DNA of 64,000 nt, from contig DYOU01000001.1 of assembly GCA_020720365.1 (NCBI GenBank), forward strand, positions 32,459-96,458, written 5' to 3'. The notes under the pieces were generated by a model. That model was not told the origin of the DNA and searched no databases. It saw only the letters and a list, made by a program, of their open reading frames with translations. Below are positions 38,462 to 47,371 of this stretch, piece by piece; the first letter of the stretch is position 1; each line of letters opens with the position of its first letter. Both the position numbers and the translations under genes were made by a program. This stretch comes from Candidatus Elulimicrobium sp. (lineage in GTDB: Bacteria; Omnitrophota; Gorgyraeia; Zapsychrales; Fredricksoniimonadaceae).

Positions 38462-38869
38462 GTGGCGGTGTTCCCAATTAAAGAGATTATGACGAAAGAA
38501 GTGCTTACAGTCACGCGTGAAATGCCGATCATGGATGCGGCGCAGATCCTGGTGGATAAGCGTATTTCGGGGATCCCGGTTGTGGATGCGGAGCATAATC
38601 TGGTGGGTATTTTGTCTGAGTTTGATGTGTTAAGGTTGTTATCAGAAACGTCTGTCAGTGAAAAACGTGCGGTGGAAGAGTTTATGACCAGCAAGGTGTT
38701 GTCTTTTGAAGATACGGTCACAGCGCTTGAGGTGTGCGATTTTTTTCTGGCAAATCCGTCCAAACGCCGGGTGCCTATTACGTGTCAGGGAAAGCTTGTG
38801 GGGTTGGTGAGCCGTTCGGATATTGTGAAGTTGATCGTTAAACTGCGTCATCACAATTCAGCGGGTTAA
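38462..38869 (+). CDS. CBS-domain pair protein
   Basis: Two CBS motifs (IMTKEVLTV...GIPVVD; FMTSKVLSF...VGLVSRSDI); 135 aa. Confidence 0.75.
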   Translation: MAVFPIKEIMTKEVLTVTREMPIMDAAQILVDKRISGIPVVDAEHNLVGILSEFDVLRLLSETSVSEKRAVEEFMTSKVLSFEDTVTALEVCDFFLANPSKRRVPITCQGKLVGLVSRSDIVKLIVKLRHHNSAG

Positions 38870-38914
38870 ACATTGATTGACATCAGGCTGGCGCGCGATA
38901 CAATTTAAAGCCTT

Positions 38915-39670
38915 ATGAGATATATTTTATTTTCTCTATTGTTGACCCTGTCTGTTCCGGCTTATGCGGCGCCCGATCCTTTGGCTGACCTTCAGGCGGC
39001 GATCATTCAGGAAGATTACAAGGGCGCGAATGGGCTGGCACAAGAGCTTCTTAAGCGCCGCTTGTCTCGCGGCCAGGCGGCAGAAGCTCAATATTACTTG
39101 GGTCTGAGTCATTTGCGATTGGGAGAGTATAGCCAGGGGTATGAGGTTTTCAAGAGACTGCTTGCCGAGCGGCCTGTCGTGGATCTTTACGACAAGGCTT
39201 CGGTTGGAGTTATTGATGCCTTGTATATGCAAGGGCAATACGCCAATGCGTTAAAAGAGGCGATGAGCCTGATGGGGAAGAGGCGCGATTCAGAATTGTT
39301 GAGCCTTATTTATCTGAAAGCAGCCCGGGCGAATTTAAAACTGGCGCGGTGGAGTAAATCCCGGGAATTCCTGCAGAAGATCGTGATGGAATATCCTCAG
39401 AGTTTTGAAGCTGATGTAGCCCGCGGACTGCTTGAGGAAAAACAGTATTTTGCTGTGCAGGTGGGGTCTTTCAATGATAAGGCGCACGCTGAGAAGTTGA
39501 TGAAAGAGATCCTTGAACGCCAGGAGTACGCGTATATTGTGGAAACAAAATCTCCTGAAGGACGGACCTATTACCGTGTCCGGGCAGGTCAGCTGACGGC
39601 TTTGAAAGACGCCCAGGATCTGGAAAAGAAGCTTTCCGGTCTTGGCTATCCAACACTCATTTATCCTTGA
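38915..39670 (+). CDS. Secreted TPR-repeat protein with C-terminal SPOR (peptidoglycan-binding) domain
   Basis: Signal peptide, TPR-like helical repeats, C-terminal YFAVQVGSFNDKAHAEKL...YYRVRAGQLTALKDAQ SPOR signature. Confidence 0.7.
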   Translation: MRYILFSLLLTLSVPAYAAPDPLADLQAAIIQEDYKGANGLAQELLKRRLSRGQAAEAQYYLGLSHLRLGEYSQGYEVFKRLLAERPVVDLYDKASVGVIDALYMQGQYANALKEAMSLMGKRRDSELLSLIYLKAARANLKLARWSKSREFLQKIVMEYPQSFEADVARGLLEEKQYFAVQVGSFNDKAHAEKLMKEILERQEYAYIVETKSPEGRTYYRVRAGQLTALKDAQDLEKKLSGLGYPTLIYP

Positions 39671-40575
39671 TGAACGAAAAACTTTCCGTCCTTCTTCAAC
39701 AGGCTTTGATTCCAAACAAAATACTTTTTATTGTCGGTCCAACAGCCGTTGGAAAATCAATGCTGGCGGTGGAAACGGCACTTGCCTGTGGGGCGGAAAT
39801 TGTTTCTTGCGACGCGATGCAGGTGTACCGTGAGGTTAATATTTCCAGTGACAAGCCGCCCGCCGGCTTGAGGGCCGTTGTACCGCACCACCTGCTGGAT
39901 GTGGTTTCTGTGGAAGAAGATTTTAACGCAGCGAAGTACCGGGAGCTGGCTGTCGCGGCGATCGAAAGCATCCTTGGCCGCGGGGGGAGAGCTATTGTCT
40001 GCGGGGGCAGCGGGATGTACATGATGGCGATTCTCGACGGTTTATTTGAGACCGTAGAGATCCCGGAAGCGGTTCGCTCCGGGTTGACAGAACGGGCCGG
40101 AAGCGCGGGCCTGGCGGCGCTTTATCAGCAGCTGCTTCAAGTTGATCCTGAAGCGGCGGCGAAGATCAATCCTCATGATCAGTTGAGGATCATTCGTGCG
40201 CTGGAAGTATTTGAGGCGGCTGGCCGGCCGATCTCGCAGCTGCGGAAAGACCGTAAAGGCCTTTGGGGAAAATATCCAATAGCGTTGATCGGGCTTGAAA
40301 GGCCAAGGGATATCCTTTACGCGCGGGCTGAAGCGCGTGTGGAAGGGATGTTTGCGGACGGGCTTGTAGATGAGGTGCGCGGGCTTTTACAGAAAAAGTT
40401 GACGCCGAGTGCTTCGCGTTTGATCGGGATACCTGAGGTCAGAAGTTTTTTGGAAGGCCGATCTTCGTTGAGCAGGGCTAAAGAACAGATGAAACAGAAT
40501 ACCCGTCATTATATCAAGCGGCAATTGACGTGGTTCCGTAAAGATAAACGCATTGAGTGGAGTCAGATTGAATGA
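39670..40575 (+). CDS. miaA: tRNA dimethylallyltransferase
   Basis: P-loop IVGPTAVGKS, SCDAMQVYR; ~301 aa; TGATG overlap with upstream stop. Confidence 0.9.
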   Translation: MNEKLSVLLQQALIPNKILFIVGPTAVGKSMLAVETALACGAEIVSCDAMQVYREVNISSDKPPAGLRAVVPHHLLDVVSVEEDFNAAKYRELAVAAIESILGRGGRAIVCGGSGMYMMAILDGLFETVEIPEAVRSGLTERAGSAGLAALYQQLLQVDPEAAAKINPHDQLRIIRALEVFEAAGRPISQLRKDRKGLWGKYPIALIGLERPRDILYARAEARVEGMFADGLVDEVRGLLQKKLTPSASRLIGIPEVRSFLEGRSSLSRAKEQMKQNTRHYIKRQLTWFRKDKRIEWSQIE

Positions 40576-41813
40576 GAGAGCGTGTACTGGTAGCTATGGT
40601 TGATTTTAAAGAGAGAAACGCCTGGCCCATGTCTCAGTCGGCGTATGAAATGGAAGAGCTTGTAAAAGCGTGCAATGCCGATGTGGCTGGAAAAGTCATG
40701 TGCCCGGCACATCCTCCGGAAGCCGCGACGTTGATCCATAAAGGCAAGGTGCAAGAGATCGCGGGACTTGTGGGAGCCCTGGAGGCGGATACGGTTATTT
40801 TCAGTACGGAATTAAAGGGGCGCCAGCAGCGGGAGCTTGAAGAGGCATTGGGGGTGAGGGTCCTGGACCGGACGCAGTTGATCCTGGATATTTTTGCCCG
40901 TCGGGCAACATCGCTGGAAGGCAAGTTACAGGTTGAGTTGGCGCAGTTGGAATACCGTTTGCCCCGGCTTTCGGGGAACTATGAGTCTTTATCACGGCAG
41001 GGCGGCGGTATAGGGGCGATCGGGCCGGGAGAAACCAAACTTGAAACAGACCGCCGGCGGATCATGGAGCGTGTAGACAAGATCAAGAAGGATCTCGTTG
41101 AAGTGACCCGTTCGCGCCAGGTCAAACGTAAGAAGCGTCAGGGGAAGCATGTCCCGCTTATTTCTCTCGTTGGGTATACGAACGCAGGAAAGTCAACGTT
41201 GCTGAATACCCTGACGGATGCGGAAACGACGACTAAAGACGGGCTTTTTACCACTCTGGATTCTCTGTCGCGCCAATGTGTCCTGCCCAATCGCCAGAAG
41301 GTTGTTTTTTCTGATACCGTTGGATTTATGCATGACCTGCCGCATGGCCTGATCGAAGCGTTTAAGGCAACGCTTGAAGAAGTAGAGAGCTCTGACCTCT
41401 TGCTGCATGTGCTGGATGTCAGTAATCCAGAGTATTTAAACTTCAAATTATCGGTGGACAAGGTGCTTGATCAGCTGGGGGCATTGAAGAAGCCGACGAT
41501 CCTGGTTTTGAACAAGGTAGATCAGGTGGATGACAAGAGCCTTATTATTGACGCTCAGCGTAAGTTTGATATGACAGTGGCGGTTTCGGCGCGTGAGAAA
41601 TTTCATATAGGTGCCTTGTTGCGTATCGTTGAGGAACATTTGGCGGATCAGGTAGCTGAAGTGGATGTCCTGATCCCGATGAAGCGGATGGACTTGGTGC
41701 GCCTGGCGCATCAGGAGGGAGAAGTTTTGTTGGAAGAATATGGTTCCGACGGCATTCATTTGCGCGCGCGCGTTCCTGTGTATCGTCAGGAAACGTACTA
41801 CAATTGCGCGTAA
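40572..41813 (+). CDS. hflX: GTPase HflX
   Basis: N-terminal HflX domain, G1 GYTNAGKST, G3 DTVGF, G4 NKVD; 413 aa. Confidence 0.9.
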   Translation: MRERVLVAMVDFKERNAWPMSQSAYEMEELVKACNADVAGKVMCPAHPPEAATLIHKGKVQEIAGLVGALEADTVIFSTELKGRQQRELEEALGVRVLDRTQLILDIFARRATSLEGKLQVELAQLEYRLPRLSGNYESLSRQGGGIGAIGPGETKLETDRRRIMERVDKIKKDLVEVTRSRQVKRKKRQGKHVPLISLVGYTNAGKSTLLNTLTDAETTTKDGLFTTLDSLSRQCVLPNRQKVVFSDTVGFMHDLPHGLIEAFKATLEEVESSDLLLHVLDVSNPEYLNFKLSVDKVLDQLGALKKPTILVLNKVDQVDDKSLIIDAQRKFDMTVAVSAREKFHIGALLRIVEEHLADQVAEVDVLIPMKRMDLVRLAHQEGEVLLEEYGSDGIHLRARVPVYRQETYYNCA

Positions 41814-41822
41814 GGGCGCGAT

Positions 41823-41841
41823 TAGTTAGATAATCTAACTA
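41823..41841. promoter_or_regulatory. Perfect 9-bp inverted repeat TAGTTAGAT-a-ATCTAACTA immediately upstream of the hspR-like promoter (candidate operator)
   Basis: Checked base by base; arms are perfectly complementary; AT-rich so unlikely a terminator. Confidence 0.3.
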
Positions 41842-41857
41842 TTTAAATAAGATTTCC

Positions 41858-41886
41858 TTGACAAGAAAATCAGGCCGTGTTATTTT
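41858..41886 (+). promoter_or_regulatory. Sigma70-like promoter TTGACA-17-TATTTT for the hspR-like gene
   Basis: ttgaca agaaaatcaggccgtgt tatttt read from sequence. Confidence 0.4.
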
Positions 41887-41915
41887 ATTTCTGTTGATCA
41901 ATATGAGGGATATGC

Positions 41916-42200
41916 GTGAGGAGTGAAAAGAGCATCAAGGATTTTGATTGCAAGATCGACCCGCACGCTCCGCTTTTTGTTATTGGAGTAGCATCGGATA
42001 TGGTGGGTGTTCCGATCTGGACTTTACGCAAGCTTGATGAGATGGGCGTTGTCAGTCCTCGGCGTGTGGGTGTCCGTACGCGGTGTTATTCCCAGGTTCA
42101 GATCAAACGGCTTACGTATGTCAGATATTTGATGGAAGAGCGTGGGGTCAATATCCGCGGTGTCAGGATCATTTTGGAAATGGATGTGTCGAAGGATTAA
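41916..42200 (+). CDS. MerR-family transcriptional regulator, HspR-like (heat-shock repressor type)
   Basis: HTH region PLFVIGVASDMVGVPIWTLRKLDEMGVVSPRR. 94 aa; adjacent to chaperone genes. Confidence 0.65.
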   Translation: MRSEKSIKDFDCKIDPHAPLFVIGVASDMVGVPIWTLRKLDEMGVVSPRRVGVRTRCYSQVQIKRLTYVRYLMEERGVNIRGVRIILEMDVSKD

Positions 42201-42217
42201 TTTTTTTTGACAAGAAA

Positions 42218-42244
42218 TTAGCACTCGGTAATGAAGAGTGACAG
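42218..42244. promoter_or_regulatory. CIRCE-like element: TTAGCACTC-N9-GAGTGACAG (left arm perfect, right arm 5/9 to consensus)
   Basis: Follows a TTGACA (42207-42212) upstream of the sHsp-like/clpB genes. CIRCE consensus is TTAGCACTC-N9-GAGTGCTAA. Confidence 0.35.
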
Positions 42245-42319
42245 AATTATAGAATCTTTTTATTATTTTCTAAAACTATTAACCAAAAGGAGGATCTGTT
42301 ATGAGGAGGGCGTCAACAA

Positions 42320-42754
42320 TTGTTATCGGCATCAACAGCCTTCGCTTTATTTGAGAAAGCCGAGCCATCGAAAGATGATGTTACAGCCTTGAGGGCTCAG
42401 GTCGCGGAGATGCAGGGCAAGATCGCTGTTCTGGAGCAGAAATTGACTCAACAGGAGGCGGCATCTTTAGATCCTCTCGCTGGGCCGGCTGTTGCGGTTC
42501 AGGACCAGGATCCTTTTACGATGATGGATGCCATGGAACAGCGGATCCAGGCATTGTTCGGGACGTACGGTTTTGGCTCATCGTCTATGCCTGCCGGGCG
42601 TACGTATGGGGGTGGCTTCAGCCCGGACTATGATATTAAGGAAACGGATAAAACATATGTGCTGACCTTTGATATGCCGGGAATGGATAAATCCAGGATC
42701 AATAAAGAACCGGTTCAAAAGAAAGAAGCGGCACAGAAGGTGGAAGTAAAATAA
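42320..42754 (+). CDS. sHsp-like ORF with truncated alpha-crystallin domain (possible pseudogene or non-canonical start)
   Basis: [23 protein letters not shown] matches the beginning of an Hsp20 alpha-crystallin domain, but the ORF stops ~20 aa later. TTG start lies 27 nt from the SD. A 17-codon ATG ORF (42301-42354) sits directly after the SD in another frame. Confidence 0.4.
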   Translation: MLSASTAFALFEKAEPSKDDVTALRAQVAEMQGKIAVLEQKLTQQEAASLDPLAGPAVAVQDQDPFTMMDAMEQRIQALFGTYGFGSSSMPAGRTYGGGFSPDYDIKETDKTYVLTFDMPGMDKSRINKEPVQKKEAAQKVEVK

Positions 42755-42785
42755 ACAGGTTTATTATTTAAAAAAGGCGGCACAG

Positions 42786-44894
42786 ATGAATCCAACGATG
42801 AATGATCCTCAACAGGGAAACCAGAGCGCGCTTGAGCTTTATGGCCGAGATCTTACAGCGCTTGCGCGTAAGGATGCGCTCGATCCGGTCATCGGGCGAG
42901 ATGAGGAGATCCGTCGTGTTGTTCAGGTCTTGTCGCGCCGCACCAAGAATAATCCTGTTCTGATCGGTGAGCCTGGGGTAGGCAAGACAGCGATCGTTGA
43001 GGGCTTGGCTCAGCGGGTGATTTCCGGGGATGTCCCGGAAAGCCTCAAGAACCGGCGGGTCGTTACGCTGGATATGGGGGCGCTGCTGGCTGGCGCGAAG
43101 TTCCGGGGGGAATTTGAAGAGCGGCTGCGTGCCGTGCTCAAGGAGGTCGAAGCCAAGGATGCGGACGTGATCCTGTTCATCGATGAGTTGCATACGATCG
43201 TCGGGGCCGGGAAGGCCGACGGCGCCATGGATGCATCCAATATGTTGAAACCGGCACTTGCCCGAGGGACATTGCGCTGTGTCGGGGCAACGACGTTGGA
43301 TGAGTATCGTCAATATATAGAGAAAGACGCGGCCCTGGAACGACGATTTCAGCCGGTGATGGTTTGTGAGCCAACGGTCGAGGATGCCATTGCGATCTTG
43401 CGCGGGCTTAAAGAGCGGTATGAAGTGCATCATGGCGTGCGGATCCAGGATAGTGCTATTGTTTGTGCCGTCGTGATGTCCGACCGTTACATTACAGATC
43501 GTTTCCTGCCCGACAAGGCTATTGACTTGATCGACGAATCAGCTTCCCGCCTGCGTATAGAGATCGACAGCATGCCGCATTCGATCGATGAGAAAGAACG
43601 AGGTATTCGCAAGTTTGAGATCGAACGGCAAGCGTTGGTGAAGGAAAAAGATGATGCTTCGCGGGAGCGGCTGAATAAGCTTGAATCCCAGCTGGCGGTA
43701 TTAAGGGAGGAGAGCCGTGTCTTGCGTGCCCGCTGGCAGAAGGAGAAAGATGTTATCACGCGTATGCGTTCGGTCAAGTCTCGCATGGAAGCGGTCAAGG
43801 TGGAAGGCGAAAGGGCTGAGCGGGAGGGAGATCTGGCGCGTGCGTCGGAGATCCGTTACGGTACGCTCGTGGGATTGGGGAAAGAATTAGTGGACCGTAA
43901 TAAGGAATTGATCGCGGTCCAGGGGGGGCATCCTTTGCTTAAAGAGGAAGTAGGTGAAGAGGATGTGGCTTCTGTTATTTCTAAATGGACGAAGATCCCG
44001 CTGGAAAAATTGATGGCTGGTGAAGCGCAAAAACTGGTGCTGATTGATGAGCAGTTAAAGAAGCGCGTGATCGGCCAGGATGAAGCGATCCGGCTTGTTT
44101 CAGCGTGCGTCCGCCGCTCGCGTGCCGGATTGAGTGATCCGCATCGCCCGATGGGTTCGTTTATTTTTGCCGGCCCTACCGGGGTGGGAAAGACCGAGCT
44201 TACTAAAGCGTTGGCTGAATTTCTTTTTGATGATGAAGGTGCGATGGTCCGGATCGATATGAGCGAGTATATGGAGAAGCACAGTGTCGCCCGCCTTATT
44301 GGTGCTCCTCCGGGATATGTAGGGTATGAGGAAGGCGGACAATTGACGGAAGCTGTGCGCCGGCGTCCATATTGTGTCATCCTGTTTGATGAGATCGAGA
44401 AAGCCCATCCGGATGTGTTTAATGTCCTGCTTCAGTTATTGGATGATGGCCGTCTGACAGACAGTCAGGGGCGGGTGGTCAATTTCAAGAATACGATCGT
44501 GATCATGACATCGAATATCGGCAATGAAGAGAGCGGAATATCATTGGAGAGCGCATTGCGGGCAGTATTTCGTCCTGAGTTCCTGAACCGTATCGATGAA
44601 GTCGTTGCGTTTCGTCGTTTGGATCGGGAGGACGTCGCGCGTATTGCGGATATTCAGCTGGCGATCCTTCAGGCACGGCTGGCTGAACGGCATATTACTC
44701 TGACAGTTTCCCAAGAGGTGCGTGCGTGGTTGTCTGAACGCGGGTATGATCCGCAGTTTGGCGCGCGGCCGTTGAAGCGGCTGATCCAGCGTTCAGTGCA
44801 GGATGTTATTGCGCTGCAGATGCTTAAAGGTGAAGTGAAAGATGGCCAGCTGGTGAATATCAGCCTGAAAGATGGCCTGCCGATGATCGGGTAA
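42786..44894 (+). CDS. clpB: ATP-dependent chaperone ClpB lacking the N-terminal domain (starts at the NBD1 linker)
   Basis: [13 protein letters not shown], Walker A GEPGVGKT (NBD1), long middle coiled coil, NBD2 GPTGVGKT, sensor/ C-terminal domain; 702 aa vs ~860 for full-length. Confidence 0.85.
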   Translation: MNPTMNDPQQGNQSALELYGRDLTALARKDALDPVIGRDEEIRRVVQVLSRRTKNNPVLIGEPGVGKTAIVEGLAQRVISGDVPESLKNRRVVTLDMGALLAGAKFRGEFEERLRAVLKEVEAKDADVILFIDELHTIVGAGKADGAMDASNMLKPALARGTLRCVGATTLDEYRQYIEKDAALERRFQPVMVCEPTVEDAIAILRGLKERYEVHHGVRIQDSAIVCAVVMSDRYITDRFLPDKAIDLIDESASRLRIEIDSMPHSIDEKERGIRKFEIERQALVKEKDDASRERLNKLESQLAVLREESRVLRARWQKEKDVITRMRSVKSRMEAVKVEGERAEREGDLARASEIRYGTLVGLGKELVDRNKELIAVQGGHPLLKEEVGEEDVASVISKWTKIPLEKLMAGEAQKLVLIDEQLKKRVIGQDEAIRLVSACVRRSRAGLSDPHRPMGSFIFAGPTGVGKTELTKALAEFLFDDEGAMVRIDMSEYMEKHSVARLIGAPPGYVGYEEGGQLTEAVRRRPYCVILFDEIEKAHPDVFNVLLQLLDDGRLTDSQGRVVNFKNTIVIMTSNIGNEESGISLESALRAVFRPEFLNRIDEVVAFRRLDREDVARIADIQLAILQARLAERHITLTVSQEVRAWLSERGYDPQFGARPLKRLIQRSVQDVIALQMLKGEVKDGQLVNISLKDGLPMIG

Positions 44895-44930
44895 GCCTCG
44901 AATCGAGATCTGTTCTTTGACAAAATGCGG

Positions 44931-44958
44931 TTGAATTGTCGGGTGCGTTTGTTACAAT
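44931..44958 (+). promoter_or_regulatory. Putative promoter TTGAAT-16-TACAAT only 6 nt upstream of ATG 44965 (possible leaderless transcript)
   Basis: Read from sequence; no SD between -10 and ATG. Confidence 0.3.
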
Positions 44959-44964
44959 GAACGT

Positions 44965-46002
44965 ATGCATAGAAAGTTTGTCTTCATCAGCCTTGCCATG
45001 ACTTTTCTTTTTACTGCGACGGCGGTTTCTGCTGAGACTAGAAAAGATGGTTTTTATGATGAATACGACAGCCAGGGAGGGCTGGTGAGTACCGTCCAGT
45101 ATCAGCAGGGTGTTCCGCATGGGCGGTTCCGGTCGTTCTATTCTAATGGGCTTCTACACTCAACGGGGATGTATATTAACGGCAGGATAGACGGGATGCT
45201 GATGGAGTATTACCCTGAAGGCAAGCCGAAAGCCAAGGTCTTCTATCGAAATGGTATCCTGCATGGCCCATCGACATTATATTATCCCGGTGGACGGATC
45301 AGGCTCGAAGAGCCGTATATTGCCGGATGGAAAGAAGGCGTTGTGCGGGAATATTCCCAGGATAGTATCCTGGTGTTTGAGCGTGAGTTCCGCCATAATA
45401 AGCAGGAAGGCGTAACCCGGAAATATTTTACTACGGGTGCGGTCTATCGGGACTATGATTACAAGAATGGCGTGCAGCAGGGCAAGATCCGTGAATATTA
45501 TCCAGACGGGGCCCTGAAGGGCGTTTACCAGTCTTCTGATGAGAAACGCAGCGGGCCGGGTAAGGAATATTTCAGCTCCGGAGAGCTGTTCTATGAGGGT
45601 TTTTATGAGAATGATCAGTTGAACGGCCGGGTTATTATTTATTACAAGAACGGAAAGATCCATATTAAAACGAATTACAAGAATGGCTTGATGGATGATC
45701 CAACCTGGAGCGAGTATTACAAGAGCGGAAGCGTGTATTGGGTTGTTCCGGTCAGGTTGGGAAAGAAAGAGGGTGAAGGCAGGGAGTATTATGAAGACGG
45801 TCAGTTAAAAAGTAGCGGCCTGTTCAAGGATGATCAACGTGAGGGTTTGTTTAAATTGTATAATGAGCAAGGCTTGTTAACGGCAGAAGAAAAGTTCGAG
45901 GCGGGGCGCCTGGCGCGGCGTATGGAGTTCTATCCGACGGGCAAGGTGAAGAGCGATCAGTATTTCTTTGAAGAGCAGGGAAAAACAGAGAAGGCAGATT
46001 GA
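44965..46002 (+). CDS. Secreted MORN-repeat-variant protein (YwqK-like)
   Basis: Signal peptide; ~12 tandem ~23-aa repeats of the Y..G.L...G.Y.NG...G type; 345 aa. Confidence 0.7.
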   Translation: MHRKFVFISLAMTFLFTATAVSAETRKDGFYDEYDSQGGLVSTVQYQQGVPHGRFRSFYSNGLLHSTGMYINGRIDGMLMEYYPEGKPKAKVFYRNGILHGPSTLYYPGGRIRLEEPYIAGWKEGVVREYSQDSILVFEREFRHNKQEGVTRKYFTTGAVYRDYDYKNGVQQGKIREYYPDGALKGVYQSSDEKRSGPGKEYFSSGELFYEGFYENDQLNGRVIIYYKNGKIHIKTNYKNGLMDDPTWSEYYKSGSVYWVVPVRLGKKEGEGREYYEDGQLKSSGLFKDDQREGLFKLYNEQGLLTAEEKFEAGRLARRMEFYPTGKVKSDQYFFEEQGKTEKAD

Positions 46003-46009
46003 GTTTTAT

Positions 46010-46038
46010 TTGACAGGTGAAGGTCTTTTTTTTATAAT
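46010..46038 (+). promoter_or_regulatory. Sigma70-like promoter TTGACA-17-TATAAT of the hrcA-grpE-dnaK-dnaJ operon
   Basis: Exact consensus hexamers with 17-nt spacer, verified by position. Confidence 0.55.
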
Positions 46039-46044
46039 CTCGCG

Positions 46045-46071
46045 CTAGCAAAGAAGCTTTAAGAGTGCTAA
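46045..46071. promoter_or_regulatory. CIRCE-like operator CTAGCAAAG-N9-GAGTGCTAA (right arm perfect, left arm 5/9) between -10 and hrcA start
   Basis: Position relative to promoter and hrcA matches classic CIRCE placement; arms are asymmetric. Confidence 0.4.
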
Positions 46072-46082
46072 TTGGAGTTTAT

Positions 46083-46814
46083 ATGGTTCGAGTTAATCCT
46101 CGACAGCGGAAAGATATTGTTTTGGGAATGGTTATTCAGCAATACATTTCCAGGGAAGTGCCGGTCAGTTCGGCCTTCATTGCTGAGGAGTATGAGAAGG
46201 ATATCAGTTCAGCGACTATCCGGAATATTCTGGCTGATCTTGAATCCGACGGATATCTAACGCATCCGCATACCTCTTCAGGGCGCGTCCCAACACAGCG
46301 CGGGTATCGGTATTATGTGGATTTCCTGATGCGCGAGATCGTCCTTGTTGAAGAAGAGCGCCGGCAGGTTCAGCGGGAATATGAACAGGGCGTGCGCGAG
46401 TTAAAACATCTGATGGAATTAACGTCGGAAGTGATCTCGGACCTGACGCACTGCGCGAGTATTGTAACGCTGGAAGGTTATCCGCGGACGTACTCTTTTC
46501 GCGGCACGAACTATCTGGCTGAAGCCGTGGGGGTTTACGGAGTGCAGAAGATGGCGTGTATCCTGAAAGCGCTGGAGGAAAAAGAGCGGATCCTGGAAGT
46601 CCTTCGGCGGGATCTGGACAAGAAGATCAAGATCTATATTGGCCAGGAAACGGCTTGCGAGGATTTTGACGATTGTGCGATGGCGGTATCGCATTTTCAG
46701 ACGCGCATGGGAGCATCCGGACACATAGCTGTATTAGGGTCAACGCGGATGAATTATGAACGGGTGGTTTCTACCCTTGAATACGTATCAGATCTGATGC
46801 GGCAATTAGGATAA
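46083..46814 (+). CDS. hrcA: Heat-inducible transcription repressor HrcA (short form, ~243 aa)
   Basis: SSATIRNILADLESDGYLTHPHTSSGRVPTQRGYRYYVD is the HrcA signature. ATG 46083 preferred over ORF-track GTG 46065, which lies inside the CIRCE-like element. Confidence 0.8.
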   Translation: MVRVNPRQRKDIVLGMVIQQYISREVPVSSAFIAEEYEKDISSATIRNILADLESDGYLTHPHTSSGRVPTQRGYRYYVDFLMREIVLVEEERRQVQREYEQGVRELKHLMELTSEVISDLTHCASIVTLEGYPRTYSFRGTNYLAEAVGVYGVQKMACILKALEEKERILEVLRRDLDKKIKIYIGQETACEDFDDCAMAVSHFQTRMGASGHIAVLGSTRMNYERVVSTLEYVSDLMRQLG

Positions 46815-46821
46815 TATTATT

Positions 46822-47331
46822 ATGGCAGATGAAGATATTATTAAAGAAGAAGTTGTTCCGCCTGTGATCGATCCGGTGGAGGAGAAGGTGCGCTATCAGC
46901 AGGAATTGGGTGAAGCGAAGGATAAGTATATCCGGCTCTTTGCCGAATTTGACAATATGCGTAAACGTCACGAGCGTGAGCGTAGCGAGCTGATCAAATA
47001 CGCGCATGAAGAAGTCATCATTGAAATGCTCGGATTTTATGAGGATTTTGAGCGTTGTGTCGCGGCGGCGGGAGAAAATTCTGCCGGGAGCATGGTCTTG
47101 TTAAAAGGGATTGAAATGGTCCTTAAACGCATGCAGGAATTGCTCAAGAAATATGATGTCGCGGAGATCGACGCTATGGGTAAGAAGTTCGATCATGTGT
47201 ATCATGAAGCCTTGATCGCGGTGGATTCTCCGGAGACTGAGGATGGAGCGGTCCTGGAGGTCTTTCAAAAAGGGTATACGATGGGTGGAAGGGTTGTACG
47301 TACAGCCAAGGTGAAGGTATCGAAGCATTAA
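46822..47331 (+). CDS. grpE: Nucleotide exchange factor GrpE
   Basis: [12 protein letters not shown]... and C-terminal [14 protein letters not shown] pattern; 169 aa; position between hrcA and dnaK. Confidence 0.88.
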   Translation: MADEDIIKEEVVPPVIDPVEEKVRYQQELGEAKDKYIRLFAEFDNMRKRHERERSELIKYAHEEVIIEMLGFYEDFERCVAAAGENSAGSMVLLKGIEMVLKRMQELLKKYDVAEIDAMGKKFDHVYHEALIAVDSPETEDGAVLEVFQKGYTMGGRVVRTAKVKVSKH

Positions 47332-47371
47332 TGACGGGATTTTCCCGTCTTTTAAAAAGGAGGCAGTGAGT

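Noticed and set aside
42786-42800. ClpB N-terminal truncation as an assembly artefact
   Set aside because: The ORF begins with an in-frame Met after an intergenic gap containing other features (the sHsp-like ORF). No upstream in-frame N-domain-like sequence was found, so I treat it as genuinely N-domain-less rather than mis-assembled. This remains unverified.
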